DNA of 64,000 nt from Balanoglossus misakiensis (GCA_040954595.2 CM082591.2:11487309-11551308); one strand, 5' to 3'; shown: positions 1 through 13,445, counted from the first letter of the stretch. A program made the numbers and translations. The notes: generated by a model from the letters alone, not told the origin.

Positions 1-1962
1 GCGCATCACAACAGATTTCCTTAAATAAACGAGGCTGTGTTTGGAAGCAACCATGGAAATTTTAGAACTATCCATCGATCTACTGAGTCTAGTCGAAAAC
101 TTTCTTATGCGCATAGGCATATCTATGTGTTCTGCGCATCACAACAGAATTCGGTAAATAAACGAGGGTGTGTTTGGAAGCAACCATAGAAATTTTAGAA
201 CTATCCGTCCATCTACAGAGTCTAGTGGAAAACTTCCTTATGCGCTTAGGCCTATCATGTGTCCTGCGCATCACAACAGAATTCAATTAATAAACGTGGC
301 TGTGTTTGGAAGCAACCATGGAAATTTTAGAACTATCCGTCGATCTACAGAGTGTAGTCGAAAACTTTCTTATGCGCATAGACCTATCATGTGTTCTGCG
401 AATCACAACAGATTTCCTCAAATAAACGAGGCTGTGTTTGGAAGCATTCATGGAAATTTTAGAACTATCCGTCGATCTACAGAGTCCATCAGAAAACTTT
501 CTCATGCGCATAGGTCTATCGTGTATTCTGCGCATCACAACAGATTTCCTTAAATAACGAGGCTGTGTTTGGAAGCAACCATGGAAATTTTAGAACTATC
601 CGTCGATCTACTGAGTCTAGTGGAAAACTTTCTTATGCGCATAGGCCTATCATGTGTTTTGCGCATCACAACAGAATTAAATTAATAAACGTAGCTGTGT
701 TTGGAAGCAACCATGGAAATTTTAGAACTATCCGTCGATCTACTGAGTCTAGTGGAAAACTTTCTTATGCGCATAGGCCTATCATGTGTTCTGCGCATCA
801 CAACAGAATTTTGTAAACAAACGAGGATGTGTTTGGAAGCAACCATGGAAACTTTAGAACTATCCGTCAATCTACAGAGTCTAGTGGAAAACTTTCTTAT
901 CCTCATAGGCCTATCATGTGTTCTGCGCATCACAACAGAATTTTGTAAACAAACAAGGCTGTGTTTGGAAGCAACCATGGAAACTTTAGAACTATCCGTC
1001 AATCTACAGAGTCTAGTGGAAAACTTTCTTATCCTCATAGGCCTATCATGTGTTCTGCGCATCACAACAGAATTTTGTAAACAAACAAGGCTGTGTTTGG
1101 AAGCAACCATGGAAACTTTAGAACTATCCGTCAATCTACAGAGTCTAGTGGAAAACTTTCTTATCCTCATAGGCCTATCATGTGTTCTGCGCATCACAAC
1201 AGAATTTTGTAAACAAACAAGGCAACCATGGAAACTTTAGAACTATCCGTCGATCTACAGAGTCTAGTGGAAAACTTTCTTATGCGCATAGGCCTATCAT
1301 GTGTTCTGCGCATCACAACAGAATTTTGTAAACAAACGAGGCTGTGTTTGGAAGCAACCATGGAAATTTTAGAACTATCCGTCGATCTACAGAGTGTAGT
1401 CGAAAACTTTCTTATGCGCATAGACCTATCATGTGTTCTGCGCATCACAACAGAATTTTGTAAACAAACGAGGCTGTGTTTGGGAGCAACCATGGAAACT
1501 TTAGAACTACCCGTCGATCTACAGAGTCCAGTGGAAAACTTTCTTATGCGCATAGACCTATCATATGTTCTGCGCATCACAACAGAATTTTGTAAACAGA
1601 CGAGGCTGTGTTTGGAAGCAACCATGGAAACTTTAGAACTATCCGTCGATCTACAGAGTCTAGTGGAAAACTGTTTTATGCGCATAGGCCTATCATGTAT
1701 TCTGCGCATCACAACAGATTTCCTTAAATAACGAGGCTGTGTTTGGAAGCAACCATGGAAATTTTAGAACTATCCGTCGATCTACTGAGTGTAGTGGAAA
1801 ACTTTCTTATGCACATAGGCCTATCATGTGTTTTGCGCATCACAACAGAATTAAATTAATAAACGTAGCTGTGTTTGGAAGCAACCATGGAAATTTTAGA
1901 ACTATCCGTCGATCTACTGAGTCTAGTGGAAAACTTTCTTATGCGCATAGTCTATCATGTGT
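1..1962. repeat. Satellite array, 132-bp unit, about 15 copies, runs off the left edge
   Basis: Motif gcgcatcacaacag recurs at 1, 134, 266, 398...; ORF track shows a 44-aa periodicity (=132 bp); one unit near 1222 has a short deletion. Confidence 0.97.
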
Positions 1963-1980
1963 GATAATTACATATAATCG

Positions 1981-2642
1981 CATGGGTTGCGCCTATCGAC
2001 ACGATATTCGTGTGGATAAGGGAAAAAAATGCTTTATCAACACGACCACCGTGTCGATAAGTAAGAAAAACTACGTATCGACACGAAAATCGTGTCGATA
2101 ACGTGTTTTTTTTCTAATCGACACGGTGATCATGTCAATAAGAAGCATTTTCAGCTCATTTGCACGATCACTACCGTGTCGATAAGAAAAAAAAACACGT
2201 TATCGACCCGATTTTCGTGTCGATACGTAGTTTTTCTTACTTATCGACACGGTAAAGCATTTTGTGCTTATCATCGTGTGGGTAAGCAATTTCAGTTCCG
2301 ACAGGATGGTCGTGTCGATAAGAAAAACAAACGGATTATCGACACGATGTGTCTTGCTGTGGACGTACATTATAAAAAATGAATGTAGCGGGAAAAGGGG
2401 TAGGGGTGGGGAAGAGGGTGAGAGAGAAGAGAAAAATTACTAAGTAGACAGACAGAAGGAAAAAGAAAAAAGAAAAAAAAAAAACGCGACAAAACTCGTT
2501 TCGAACGCACGCACTCCGCCGGAAGAGCATTTACCATGACTAAGCCTGCCCACGTCACAACCGTCACTTCGCTAACCCAGTACACCATGAATTTATTGTT
2601 CAAAATGAAGAAAATAAGCTACATAAATCAAACAAATGCTGC

Positions 2643-2706
<64 letters not shown>

Positions 2707-3107
2707 GAACATGTTTTAAGCTACGCGTGCGATTTATTTGTTTAATGTTCTCTGATTGGATTTTTTTACAGTTTGAGTTGAACACGTAAATATTGGGAAC
2801 ACTATTTCATTGGTTGTTTATTATAAAAAGGTGATTGGATTTCATGGCGTTAACACGTAGTGACTGTAGGGGCCGGGGAACGACACACTTTTTTTGTCAC
2901 ACGAGGAAAATTGATTTCAACACGAAAGCCGTACATTTGAGAACATTTGCTGAAGCAAACGGGTGACATTAGTGTAAATTTTGTTTTTAATCGCAAGGTC
3001 ATCGTGATCGTGTCGATAAGGTGCTTTAATGCACCTATCGACACGGTCGTCGTGTCGAGGCACCTATCGACACGGTAGTCGTGTCGATAGTCACAACGAA
3101 TCCCATG
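1981..3107. mobile_element. Putative TIR element rich in atcgacacg/cgtgtcgat palindromic motifs
   Basis: Ends catggg..tatcgacacga / tcgtgtcgata..cccatg; motif clusters at 1995-2350 and 3000-3090; internal ~80-bp inverted repeat ~2048-2125 / ~2173-2253; no clean TSD. Confidence 0.4.
2644..2706. repeat. (GTT)21 microsatellite
   Basis: Read directly. Confidence 0.98.
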
Positions 3108-4488
3108 ATATCTTTCTTTGTTTGACGTCATCGTATACGAGTGGTTTTCGCGAGCAGTGCAACTTCGAGCCGCAGGCGAGAAGTTGTACGCGTCCGCGAA
3201 AACCACGATTATATATTTATCACATGAACAGTCTTCTTATTTTTCGTTAGAAGAGGCAGGACTAAAAAAATTCAGTACCTTGCAACAATTTTGGAGCGGT
3301 GTCGTATTTTACTGAGCGGGATTATTTCCCCCAGGAGATATATGTTGGGAGATTTTATGAATGATCAGCGAATGATCAGCGATAGTTCATCATCTCCCAA
3401 CAAGTCGCCCCGTTGAGTTCCGTTCGCTCGAAGTTCGGCCTTAAACAAATGTAATCAATTCTCTAACAATTTTACTGCAACCTGTTGCCACGTCTTATAC
3501 ATTTCGTTGACCGGTGGAATATAGAGGTTCAGTCGTCACGCTGAACTGGCTCGAAACAATTGCCCACACTGATTCGACTCGTACCGGACTTGCGCCTAGC
3601 CTAGGCTATGTACACCTGACCCAAAACTTTGACAGCCACGATCGTCCATGATCGTTGCGTCGACTGTCTTCTTTCCAAATTCCACCTTTCTGTTTTGAGC
3701 TTACAAAGCGTTATTGTCATGGAACCGTCATTTTTTTTATTTCATTTCTGTATTGTAAATGCCGCGCGCTACACGTACTGTTTCTGTTTGACAACAAAGC
3801 TACGGCGATCGGTGGAAATAGTTCCGGTTGATGACGTAACACAGGGGTGATCTGGATTTTTGATCTGTCCTGGTCTACGTCACACAGGTGGTGATCAGGA
3901 CCAGTTCATGTGATAATTGTTGCTATTCTGTTCTCTTGCTTTGGCTGTTCTGTTCTCTGTTTTTGCATGTTCTCGGGCACATTAGCTGGGAACAACTGGT
4001 CAGATTGCTTTAAAGGTTTTGTTGTGAATCTCACCTTAGTGATTAGACGCACTAAGGTGAGACATCGGCGATCACAACATTTTTGACCTAATATCATGAA
4101 TTCTCTATTTTTTATGATTTTTGTCTTTTTAAAACATCTATGAAAGGTTATTTGCTGATTTCTTTGAAATTTAGTGTAAAGCTTCCTATAGGTGATGTTA
4201 GTTTTTTTCTGAAATTGTTGCAAAGTTTGCATATTTGTAATTATGGGCCAAATTTTGCAATTTTTGGTTAACAATCGTTTAGAAGTTTTTTTCTTGTCAG
4301 ATTGCTTTGAACTTTGGTAATCATGTTCCTCATGGTGATTGAAGTATGATGTTGTCCAATTTTGGTGATATTTGCATATTTGTGTTTGGCAGTTTGGGGC
4401 AGTTTTTGAAATTAGGTCATATATGCTCATTTGGTATAAGGTCATTAACAAGAAACTAAGTAAAAAACTTGGCAATGCTTCCTACTTA

Positions 4489-5440
4489 GGGACCGTTCAG
4501 TTCTTACGGCAGGGGGGGGCGGCAAGTTTGTGTCATCGGTTCTCAAAATCAGGCCGACCCCCCCCTCCCCTTCACCCAGGACCAAAAAATGATAACCCCC
4601 CCCCCTTTGACAGACGCAAAAATATGACGATCCCCCCCCCACGCCGAAAACATTCGCCGTCCTGATCCTATGTACACTGTATGCAATAAAGGGAATGAGG
4701 CTCCTCACACCTCAATTATAAATTTCTTAAAGTATTATTGAAGTATATAATAGTATATCGTTGCAATAAAGAAATCTATGAACAAATTAAAATGACAAGT
4801 CAATACAATAGTATTGAGAAAAGTGGCAGGGGTGGGCGTGGGAGGGGGTGTCCCCCTCCCACATCAGAAAATTTTGTAAAATATGTAGCGCAAAGTTGCA
4901 TTTTAATGAACTCAAAAGCAAATTATCTCAATGTTTGGGAGGACCAATTTTACTTTTTGCCACTCCACTCAAAGTTAGAAGATTTGGCGTCATCTTCGTC
5001 GTGACATTATTTATAAAACTTCTAGTATATAGAAGATGCAGCGCGAAACTATCAGTTATGCAAAATGGTTTAAACAATTATTCTCCTTTATGTATTCACT
5101 TTGTTAAATATTATCATCGTTGGGGTTGGGGTGGCAAGCAGTCTGCCCTGGTACACTAGACAAACCAGCAAAAAAATGCAATGTGGCGGAGAATGAAGGG
5201 AGTGGGCGTGGGAGGGGGTGTCCCCCTCCCACATTAGAAAATTTTGTAAAATAAAGGGTGCGAAACTGCAATTTTGTAGACTCAAAAGCAAAAGTTCGGT
5301 GGCAAAAGTATGTGACCCCCCCTAAACGTTGAAAAAAAACAGATGACCCCCCCCCCCTTTGTGGACTTCAAAATTTAAGTGACCCCCTCCCCCTGGATTT
5401 TGCCGGCCCCCCCCCCCGGCCGTAAAAACTGAACGGTCCC
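4489..5440. mobile_element. PIF/Harbinger-type MITE
   Basis: TIRs gggaccgttcagttcttacggc / gccgtaaaaactgaacggtccc; TTA on both flanks (4486-4488, 5441-5443). Confidence 0.85.
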
Positions 5441-6106
5441 TTAGAGCACAAGTGTAAAAAAACAACAACTAGTTTCTGTTGCGTTACCAGCTTTCATTGA
5501 GGAGTAACAGCGCCCGCAAGTTAGATTTTCAGAAAATTGGATCAAATTCATAATGAGTTGAATTGAATTGACGTTTATTCCCCTAGGAACAATTTATCGA
5601 CTACAAACTTTGTTTGACAGGTAAAGTTTAAGACCACTCGACCAACGCAGAGCGAAGTTGTCAAAATCGACGAAACAAAGCGAGAAAAACGGCAATTTGC
5701 GCTGTCGACACATTTCTTCTCCTGCCTCTAATTATCGACCCCAGAAAACCCCCTCCCCCAAAACAAACAAACAATATATCAATTAGGGGTCATCAAATAA
5801 CTAGACTATGCAAAGGACATGATAGAATCAAACCCGACGATGGAAAAACAGCAGAAAAACTTCGCCGATTCCGAGGTAAACGCATCCCGTGTTGTTTCTT
5901 GTGCACATGTTACATAATATGCTAATGACTCACATGACATTATTTTAATCATATGCTGATGACGTATCAGGACAGCTATGGTGGATTGTTCGGTGTGCAG
6001 AAAATCCAAGAAAAATTCGTCAATGAGATTCCCGCCTACACCCCTCAAACCTCTTCTATTAACTGGAGGGAGCTTTACGCTATCGTGCGTGCTGCAGACA
6101 CGTGGG

Positions 6107-6198
6107 TAGCTCTGGACTTGTGCGCTGTTTGGGTCTACGCTGCTCTCCGTGGGGACGGAGAGCAGCGTAGACCCAAACAGCGCATAAGTCCCGAGCTA
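6107..6198. mobile_element. 92-bp hairpin MITE, TAG...CTA ends, 9-bp TSD (AcademH-like)
   Basis: Near-perfect palindrome; acacgtggg duplicated at 6098-6106 and 6199-6207; removal restores ADTWGAHFKGRKILFHCDN. Confidence 0.85.
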
Positions 6199-7042
6199 AC
6201 ACGTGGGGAGCCCACTTCAAAGGACGGAAAATCCTTTTCCACTGTGATAATTCTTCTGTTGTTGCAATGATCCGCAGTGGTTCATCTCGAAAAGTGTGCA
6301 TCCCTTCTTCGAAAACTATTCTTCATTTGTGCCAGAGACAATTTCCTGATGAATGCTATACATATTGCAGGCAGCAAAAACACTATTGCTGATGCTCTAT
6401 CTCGATACAAGCATGGAGGTACCTCCATGATACAAGTAACACTGATTTGCTTCCTTCACAGGGAATGGTACTTCCCATGACCACTGGTGGTTACAAGCAT
6501 GCAAACTCGTCGGCAGTGCTTATTCAGCCAACACAGATGGTACATATGGCTCAGGTCAAAAAACTTACCTTCAGTTTTGTGATACAGTAGACGCATTACC
6601 ATTCCCAGCATCAGAGAATGTTCTACTTATGTTTATTGCATACCTTCAAGAGGAAAGGAAACTAAAGTACAGCTCCGTTGTGACATACCTCTATTCAGTT
6701 CGATCAATGCAAATCCAGCAAGGCTTACCTGATCCATTGCAGGACCGTCGCCGCATTAACCTTGCACTGTTGGCAGTCTAGCGCCCTCTAGTTACTAGTT
6801 CTATGTGACTTCCGGTTATGTTAAGCAGGGTTCAATCCTGATTGTAATGGCGTCCCGCCCATGCACATGTAGCCTGTAGAATAAAGCAATTCAATCACAC
6901 TACGGTCGTCCCGTGCGTTGTGTCACCCCGCAGTGAGCAGGAAACTTGGTGTCAGAAGTGGGATTCACCGAACCAAACAGACAACCCCCAACTGTGAGTA
7001 CAAGCGAAAACAGACCCCACCGTCCGATCAACAAATTCCAGC

Positions 7043-7831
7043 ATGACCTCTAACTTGAAACGGCCAGAGCTGAAACTACTCGGCAACATATCCGAGAACT
7101 TCAAGAACTTTGAGCTCCGATTTAATGACTACTGCGTACAAGCTGACTATCGGGACCTTACAAAGGATCAATACAATGAACAGTCGGAATACTATAAGAA
7201 GCCCCAACTCGAGATAGCTGCACTGAGGTCAGCCATGCCCGATGAAGCCCTACAGGTAATACGCTACACAATCGAACCCCAGATACCTGCCACTGATAAA
7301 CTCAAACCCTGGATATGGATGGAAAAGCTCCGCACCCATTATACCGGTTCAGCCGGGAGCTCCCTCATGACTGATAGATTCAAATTTTGGAACTCGAGCC
7401 AAAATTCTCATGACTCAGTACAAGACTGGGAAGTAAAAGTACGACAAGCAGGCAGCCTGTGTGAGTTCGAAGGCCTAGCAGATGAGATGTGCAGAGATAA
7501 ATTCGTGTTCGGTCTACATGACAGCGCCATCCGTACGGAGCTACTCAAAACGCATTTAAAAGCAAATAGCTCGAATAAATCTATGTCCAATGTTGTTGCT
7601 GATGCCAAAGCACTTGAGGCCGCTAAAAGGGCAAACAAACTAATTGTTGACACTTCAAGAGGAATTGAGGAACAGGTGAATTGGACCAAACACCGTGATA
7701 TGAGACTGAAACGAGAACCAGGGACGTGCCACTGGTGCGGAGACCGGCGTGGCAGCCATCCATGGAAAATTTGCCCCGCCAAAGGCAAGAAATGCACAAG
7801 ATGTGGGGGAAACGATCACTTCGCTATCTAG
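7043..7831 (+). CDS. Gypsy A1 gag (truncated by a 4-bp insertion)
   Basis: RDKFVFGL motif and CCHC knuckles; copy 2 lacks the 4 bp at 7826-7829 and reads through into pol. Confidence 0.9.
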   Translation: MTSNLKRPELKLLGNISENFKNFELRFNDYCVQADYRDLTKDQYNEQSEYYKKPQLEIAALRSAMPDEALQVIRYTIEPQIPATDKLKPWIWMEKLRTHYTGSAGSSLMTDRFKFWNSSQNSHDSVQDWEVKVRQAGSLCEFEGLADEMCRDKFVFGLHDSAIRTELLKTHLKANSSNKSMSNVVADAKALEAAKRANKLIVDTSRGIEEQVNWTKHRDMRLKREPGTCHWCGDRRGSHPWKICPAKGKKCTRCGGNDHFAI

Positions 7832-10800
7832 AGTATGCCTGGAAACAGAAACCCGTCCTGCTCGCGCACAGCAGCGCACCAACCAGGCGCCAAGAACACC
7901 GACCTCAACCAACTTCAGGAACCAAAACAGTGGGAGACCTCAACAGGGCAACACCAGAGAACAGCGCACTCAAGTGGTCAACCAACTCCAGTCATGGGAG
8001 ACACAGTCGGACGCACCGTATACCGACGAGTACCAAAGTGAACAGCCACAACAAAATGTATATTCCCTTGCATCAGAAATCCACAATGTGAACACAACCT
8101 CCAGGGGAAAGAGGTACTATGTGAATCTGAAAATGTCAAACAGCGGTACACGATTCACACCAGTCAAATTTCAGATTGACACTGCCGCCACATGCAACAC
8201 AATATCTGATCGAACACTTCAGACATCACTCCCAGAGACAGCAATTACACGTTCCCCATATCTGCTGTACCCATATGGAAACACAAGGCCACTGAAGCCC
8301 ATAGGTCAAGTTGACCTGATATGTGAAAGGAAGGACAGATACGAAACACTATCCTTCCAGGTTTTACCATACAGTGTGATGGGAGACAAACCTGCCCTGC
8401 TGTCAGGACAAGACTGTGAAAAACTTGGGCTGGTCAAGATTCAGGCTGATGAAGTTTTCTCCCTTTCAAAGACAATATACAACGTAACAGAAGCAAAACC
8501 AAGTGAATTACCTGGCTACAGAACGCAGAAACCTCATAATAAGCTGACCCCCGCAACTTCGCCTATGACTTGTAACCATGTCGAAGCACTACACAACAAC
8601 ACGCCCTCTCAATGCCAACCCAAACCACAACCATCGCGTCCAGTTAGCGTGTCAGCAGAACGACATTTGCCCCCACCGGGCCAGCTCACGAAGGAGGACA
8701 TCATCAGAGAATATCCAGAAAACTTTAAAAACATAGGTGAGCTTGGTCCCCCAGTGCACTTCAAGGTCAAACAAGATGTATCCCCGATTCAGGTGCCTAT
8801 TCACAGGGTACCTATTGCCAAACGAGAAAAGGAAAAAGCTGCCCTAGATAAATATGTGGCAGAGGGAATATTGGAAAAAGTTGATGTACCTACCCCCTGG
8901 TGCTCCAACATCTTAATACGCGAGTCTCCAAACAAGTTCAGGGTGTGTATTGACCCAAGTCAAACAGTCAACAAAGCAATTCTACGACCCATATACCAGA
9001 TGCCAACGCTGAATGAGCAGCTACACAAACTGTGCAATGCCAAATGCTTCTCCATCATTGATGTACGTGAAGGATTCCTACACATCCCTCTCGATAAAGA
9101 GTCCTCCATGATGACCACAATGCACACATCCTACGGACGATACAGATGGCTTGGCTTGCCATTTGGTATCACAAGTGCATCAGAAGAATTCCAGATGAGA
9201 CTCATGACAGCCATAGAAGGCCTTGAAGGAATTCTTCTCATTGTAGCAGACGACCTCCTTGTGTTTGGAGAAGGAGAGACATATGAAGAAGCTGAACGAG
9301 ACCACGACCGCCGCTTTGTGGCACTCATGGAACGAGCCATACAAAGAAATATAAAGTTCAATCCGGACAAACTCAAATTCAAACGTAGAGAGATAAAATT
9401 TGTTGGCAACATCATAACCGACAAAGGGATGAAACCCGATCCAGACAAAGTAGCAGCGATCATCGACATGCCGAGCCCTCAAGACAAAGCAGGCCTGCTC
9501 CGGTTTATCGGCATGATAAACTACCTCTCACCGTATTGTGACAATCTGAGCGCAACAATACGGCCACTCACAATGCTAACTCAGAATGGAGTACCATTTT
9601 GCTGGTCGGAAACCCAAGAAGCAGCTTTCAAGAAAGCCAAACAACTGATAGCTGCAGCCCCAGTCTTGCAGTACTATGATCTACAGAAACCAGTAGTACT
9701 ACAGGTTGATGCAAGTGATGCAGGCCTCGGGGGAGCAATTCTTCAACCTAACAAAGATGGAAAACTACAGCCAGTGGCCTTCACCTCATGCAGCATGAGC
9801 CCAACTGAGCAACGATACTCACAAATCGAGAAAGAATGCCTCGCGATTTGCAACGCATTTGAGAAATTCGACCAATGGCTGTACGGCAAGTCAGACATAG
9901 TGGTACACACAGACCACCAGCCCTTAGAAACAATCATGAAGAAACCACTCAACAAAGCACCGGCCAGACTGCAGAGAATGCTAATGCGCCTTCAACGACA
10001 TCGTTTTACGGGTACATACAGAAGAGGCACATCCCTCCATTTAGCGGATACCCTCTCCAGAGCACCACTCCCAGCGCCAGTGGAGTGTGAAGTCACCGGC
10101 TTTGAGGTATTCAGAGCTGAGTTGGAACCAGAGTTCTACAAACTCAATACCAGATTACTACCAGACACAGAAAAACGCATCCAAGATGAAACATCAGATG
10201 ACCCGTGTCTATCTGCACTTCAAACAGTGATAATGTCAGGATGGCCAGACAAGAGAGAGTCCTTGCCTGAAATCCTACACCCATTCTGGAGCTATAGAGA
10301 TGAACTGACAACTCAAAATGGAATAATATACAAAGGAAACCTAGTTATAGTGCCACAGTCCATGCATTCAGAAATGCTTCACAAAATACATGCCAATCAC
10401 CAGGGAGCAGAATCAAATATTCGTATGGCTCGTGAAGTCCTGTTCTGGCCTGGGATGCGAAAGGCAATCCAAGATATGTGTGAAGCATGTGGCATATGTG
10501 CACAATATGGCAGAACAGCACCAAAAGAACCCATGAAATCACTGCCCATACCTACCCTGCCATGGCAGCTGATTAGTCAAGACTTGTTTGCCTTCGAGGG
10601 AACCAACTACTTAGTTACCGTGTGCCACTACTCGGACTGGATCGAGGTTGATGAGCTCCCAGATACGCTATCCACCACCATCATCAACAAAACGAAAGCC
10701 CATTTTGCACGGTTCGGTGTACCCAGAATTTGTCACACCGACACTGGGCCACAGTTCATCAGTAAGGAATACATGGAACTTGTACGCAGCTATGGATTCA

Positions 10801-11604
10801 GTCATACAATGTCATCCCCATATCATCCCAAAGGGAATGGAATGGCAGAAGCAGCAGTGGCCACCTCCAAGTCCATGCTGAAGAAATCAGGAAACCTTGA
10901 CGAGGCCATGCTCAACTACAGGAACACACCACCAAAAGGACACACCTACTCACCGGCCCAGCGGATGCTACTCCGTCGGACATCATCTACTCCAACAACA
11001 AACAATAGACCAGGAGAAGGTGTTTCAAGAAATAAGGAGCAAACGAGTGTCCAGCAAGCAGCAATATGATAAAACAGCTGGCCCAGAACACACCCCAATC
11101 AACGTTGGAAACCATGTGTACGTAAAACCTCCACCTCATATGAGAGGTAAACCTTGGTCATATGGTCAGGTCACTCATCGTGATGATGCAAGATCCTACA
11201 CAATCAAAACTCAATCAGGCCAAGTACGACGGAATCGAGTACAAATAAGACCAGCTGCACCACCACCAATCGGTATCCAAGAATACCGCAACCCGGGGCC
11301 AACATTCCCACCAGTCGTTACGCCGAGCATGTTGCCCAATACTGGAAACAACAGCTGCGTAGGGACATCTCAGGGAGGTCAACGCCCCAAGGAATTCGCC
11401 AGCAGTAAAGATCATCAACTTACAAGCATTGAGGTTCCAGCATCCCCAGCGAAACGGATGGAAAATCCACAAATTCCTCCAGCTACATCCCAGCAAACAC
11501 CTGCAGCGATGTCATTCACTCCTCCGAAGAGTCCGGACTTTATGACCACATCCCGAACAAGAGCCATTAAACTTCCATCCAAATTTAAGGACTATGTTAT
11601 GTGA
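7749..11604 (+). pseudogene. Gypsy A1 pol (protease, RT, RNase H, integrase), frameshifted near 10982
   Basis: IDTAA protease, VADD RT, DAS..G / TDHQPL RNase H, HHCC + D,D,E integrase; ~23-bp deletion relative to copy 2 shifts the C-terminus into ORF 10897-11604. Confidence 0.93.
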
Positions 11605-12432
11605 CATGATAGCAGGTTATTCCACAAAAGGGCAGAATAATCCCTGGAAACCTGCAGTGAAGTCTTGGTAGTCCACCCAAACTTCACAATAAACTTTATT
11701 GTTCTGTGTACAACTTTGTGTTAAACTAATGTTCCATACAAAAGGAGGAATATTTCCCTCATAATGAACATTGGATACCAGTACTGAACTCAAAGAACAT
11801 TACATTACAGTATCCATCTACAAAAAAAAAAAAAAAAAAAATTGTTTGCATTTTCTATGTTATGCATGCAATGTGTTGGTTCTCCAGTTTTTTTTCTTTT
11901 CATTAAAGGAGGGGAGATGTTGGCAGTCTAGCGCCCTCTAGTTACTAGTTCTATGTGACTTCCGGTTATGTTAAGCAGGGTTCAATCCTGATTGTAATGG
12001 CGTCCCGCCCATGCACATGTAGCCTGTAGAATAAAGCAATTCAATCACACTACGGTCGCCCCGTGCGTTGTGTCACCCCGCAGTGAGCAGGAAACTGCAC
12101 TACGCTCAGTCAAAAGATCACAAGGACCAGAATTAACACAAAAACTGGCAATTACATTTGATTTACTGCAGAGGTTAGGGCCTCTATTTGACATTTCATG
12201 CACAAAAGAGTTAGTAGTGTGGACTGCAATGACCACAGCTTTCTTTGGCCTTTTCAGGTCTGGCGAACTTGTAATTAAGGATTTACCATTTATTCCAGCC
12301 ACTGATTTAACTGTAAGCGATATTACTTTTTCTAAACTGTCAGGGGCTAATGTAATCACAGTTGTTCACCTTAAAAAGTCTAAGTGCGACCCATTTCGAA
12401 AAGGGGTCGATGTCATCATTGGCTGCTCACAT

Positions 12433-13445
12433 CACAGGGGACTCTCCCTCCGCGATTTTGTTTGTTTGTTTGTTTGTTTGTTGTTGTTGTTGTTGTTGTT
12501 GATTTTTGGCATAATAAACAAATACATATTTCTTTGTTAATAAATATGGTTTGTTGACATGTAAAGGTTAGGGTATATTCGACAGGTTAGGGTTAGTGTT
12601 TCGATTCACGGCCCCGGGCATCACTAAGCCACGGCCCCGGACATATCACTAAGCCACAAAGAGAGACAAGGGTGGAGACTAGCCCATTTCCGGGTCCCAG
12701 CACCGTATTTTTTAAGTCCAGAATAACACAACAAATAAATGTCTGACAATTGAAATATTACGTTTGCAGTGACAACATACTCTATACTTGCTATATATAT
12801 CCTGAAATTCAATGAAAAGGTATAAATCGGCGATATTTCACATGGTTCTCCGTTGACATCCGTACAGTTTTTACGGCAAACCATGGACAAACTTAAATGT
12901 CTCGTTTCGGAAGGCAAAATTCAAATTGGACCGTAAATTGTTTGGAGGCGACCACGTTTCACAAAGATTTACGCTTGTGTGTGATTTTTGTCATAAAACA
13001 TGTGCTGATGTATTTCTGTATGTAAAAGAGTCGTGAGCCTGTTATTATAAGGGGGAAAATATGTTAAAATACGCCGAAGTAAGTTCATCCTGGGACCAGG
13101 CTGAAATCGATTGACGTCCCCTTGCAGGACTAACAAGCTATTTGATTGGTCCAATTTGAATCTCACTAACGTTTTAACCTTCCGAAACGAGACATTCATG
13201 TTTGGCCGTACTGGGCTAGTTTCCACCCTTGTCTCTCTTTGTGGCTTAGTGATATGTCCGGGGCCGTGGATCGAAAAAAATGCCAACACTGACCCTAACC
13301 GTTGATAATACCCTAACACTTACATGTCAACAAACCATATTTATTAATAAAGAAATATGTATTTGTTTATTATGCCCAAATCATCAACAACAACAACAAC
13401 AACAACAAACAAACAAACAAAATCGCGGAGGGAGAGTCCCCTGTG
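12433..13445. mobile_element. MITE with ~250-bp TIRs, CACAGG ends, 7-bp TSD (P-element-like)
   Basis: Arms 12433-~12686 and ~13211-13445; ctcacat duplicated; removal restores YR frame IIGCSHNAICAV. Confidence 0.85.

Larger units (their letters stand above)
1960..3918. mobile_element. Putative Crypton-type non-autonomous element (interrupted)
   Basis: Direct repeat tgtgataatt at 1960-1969 and 3909-3918; hairpin 3141-3206 with GA-gcc-gca-ggc-GA apex; ttatcacatgaac (~3217) is inverted to gttcatgtgataa (~3904). Confidence 0.4.
6768..12096 (+). mobile_element. Full-length Ty3/gypsy LTR retrotransposon, family A copy 1
   Basis: 179-bp LTRs 6768-6946 and 11918-12096 (1 mismatch); TSD GCAC; PBS tggtgtcagaagtgggat at 6947 (complementary to a tRNA-Leu 3' end); PPT aaaggaggggaga at 11905-11917; gag-PR-RT-RH-IN order. 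Confidence 0.97.

Noticed and set aside
89-2101. Repetitive ORFs in the satellite
   Set aside because: Artefact of a unit length divisible by 3; frames shift between units
2536-2785. PolyQ/polyV proteins
   Set aside because: Microsatellite translation only
3906-4475. 189-aa ORF, possibly a Penelope-like relic (KCCDRRCLT)
   Set aside because: Too degraded; no RT or GIY-YIG motif readable
7749-7831. Programmed gag/pol frameshift
   Set aside because: Copy 2 lacks the 4-bp insertion and is in frame here, so this is a mutation
9240-9260. Non-YxDD RT motifs (VADD; also ISDD in family B and KQDD in family C)
   Set aside because: Both Asp residues are kept and such variants are familiar in invertebrate gypsy elements
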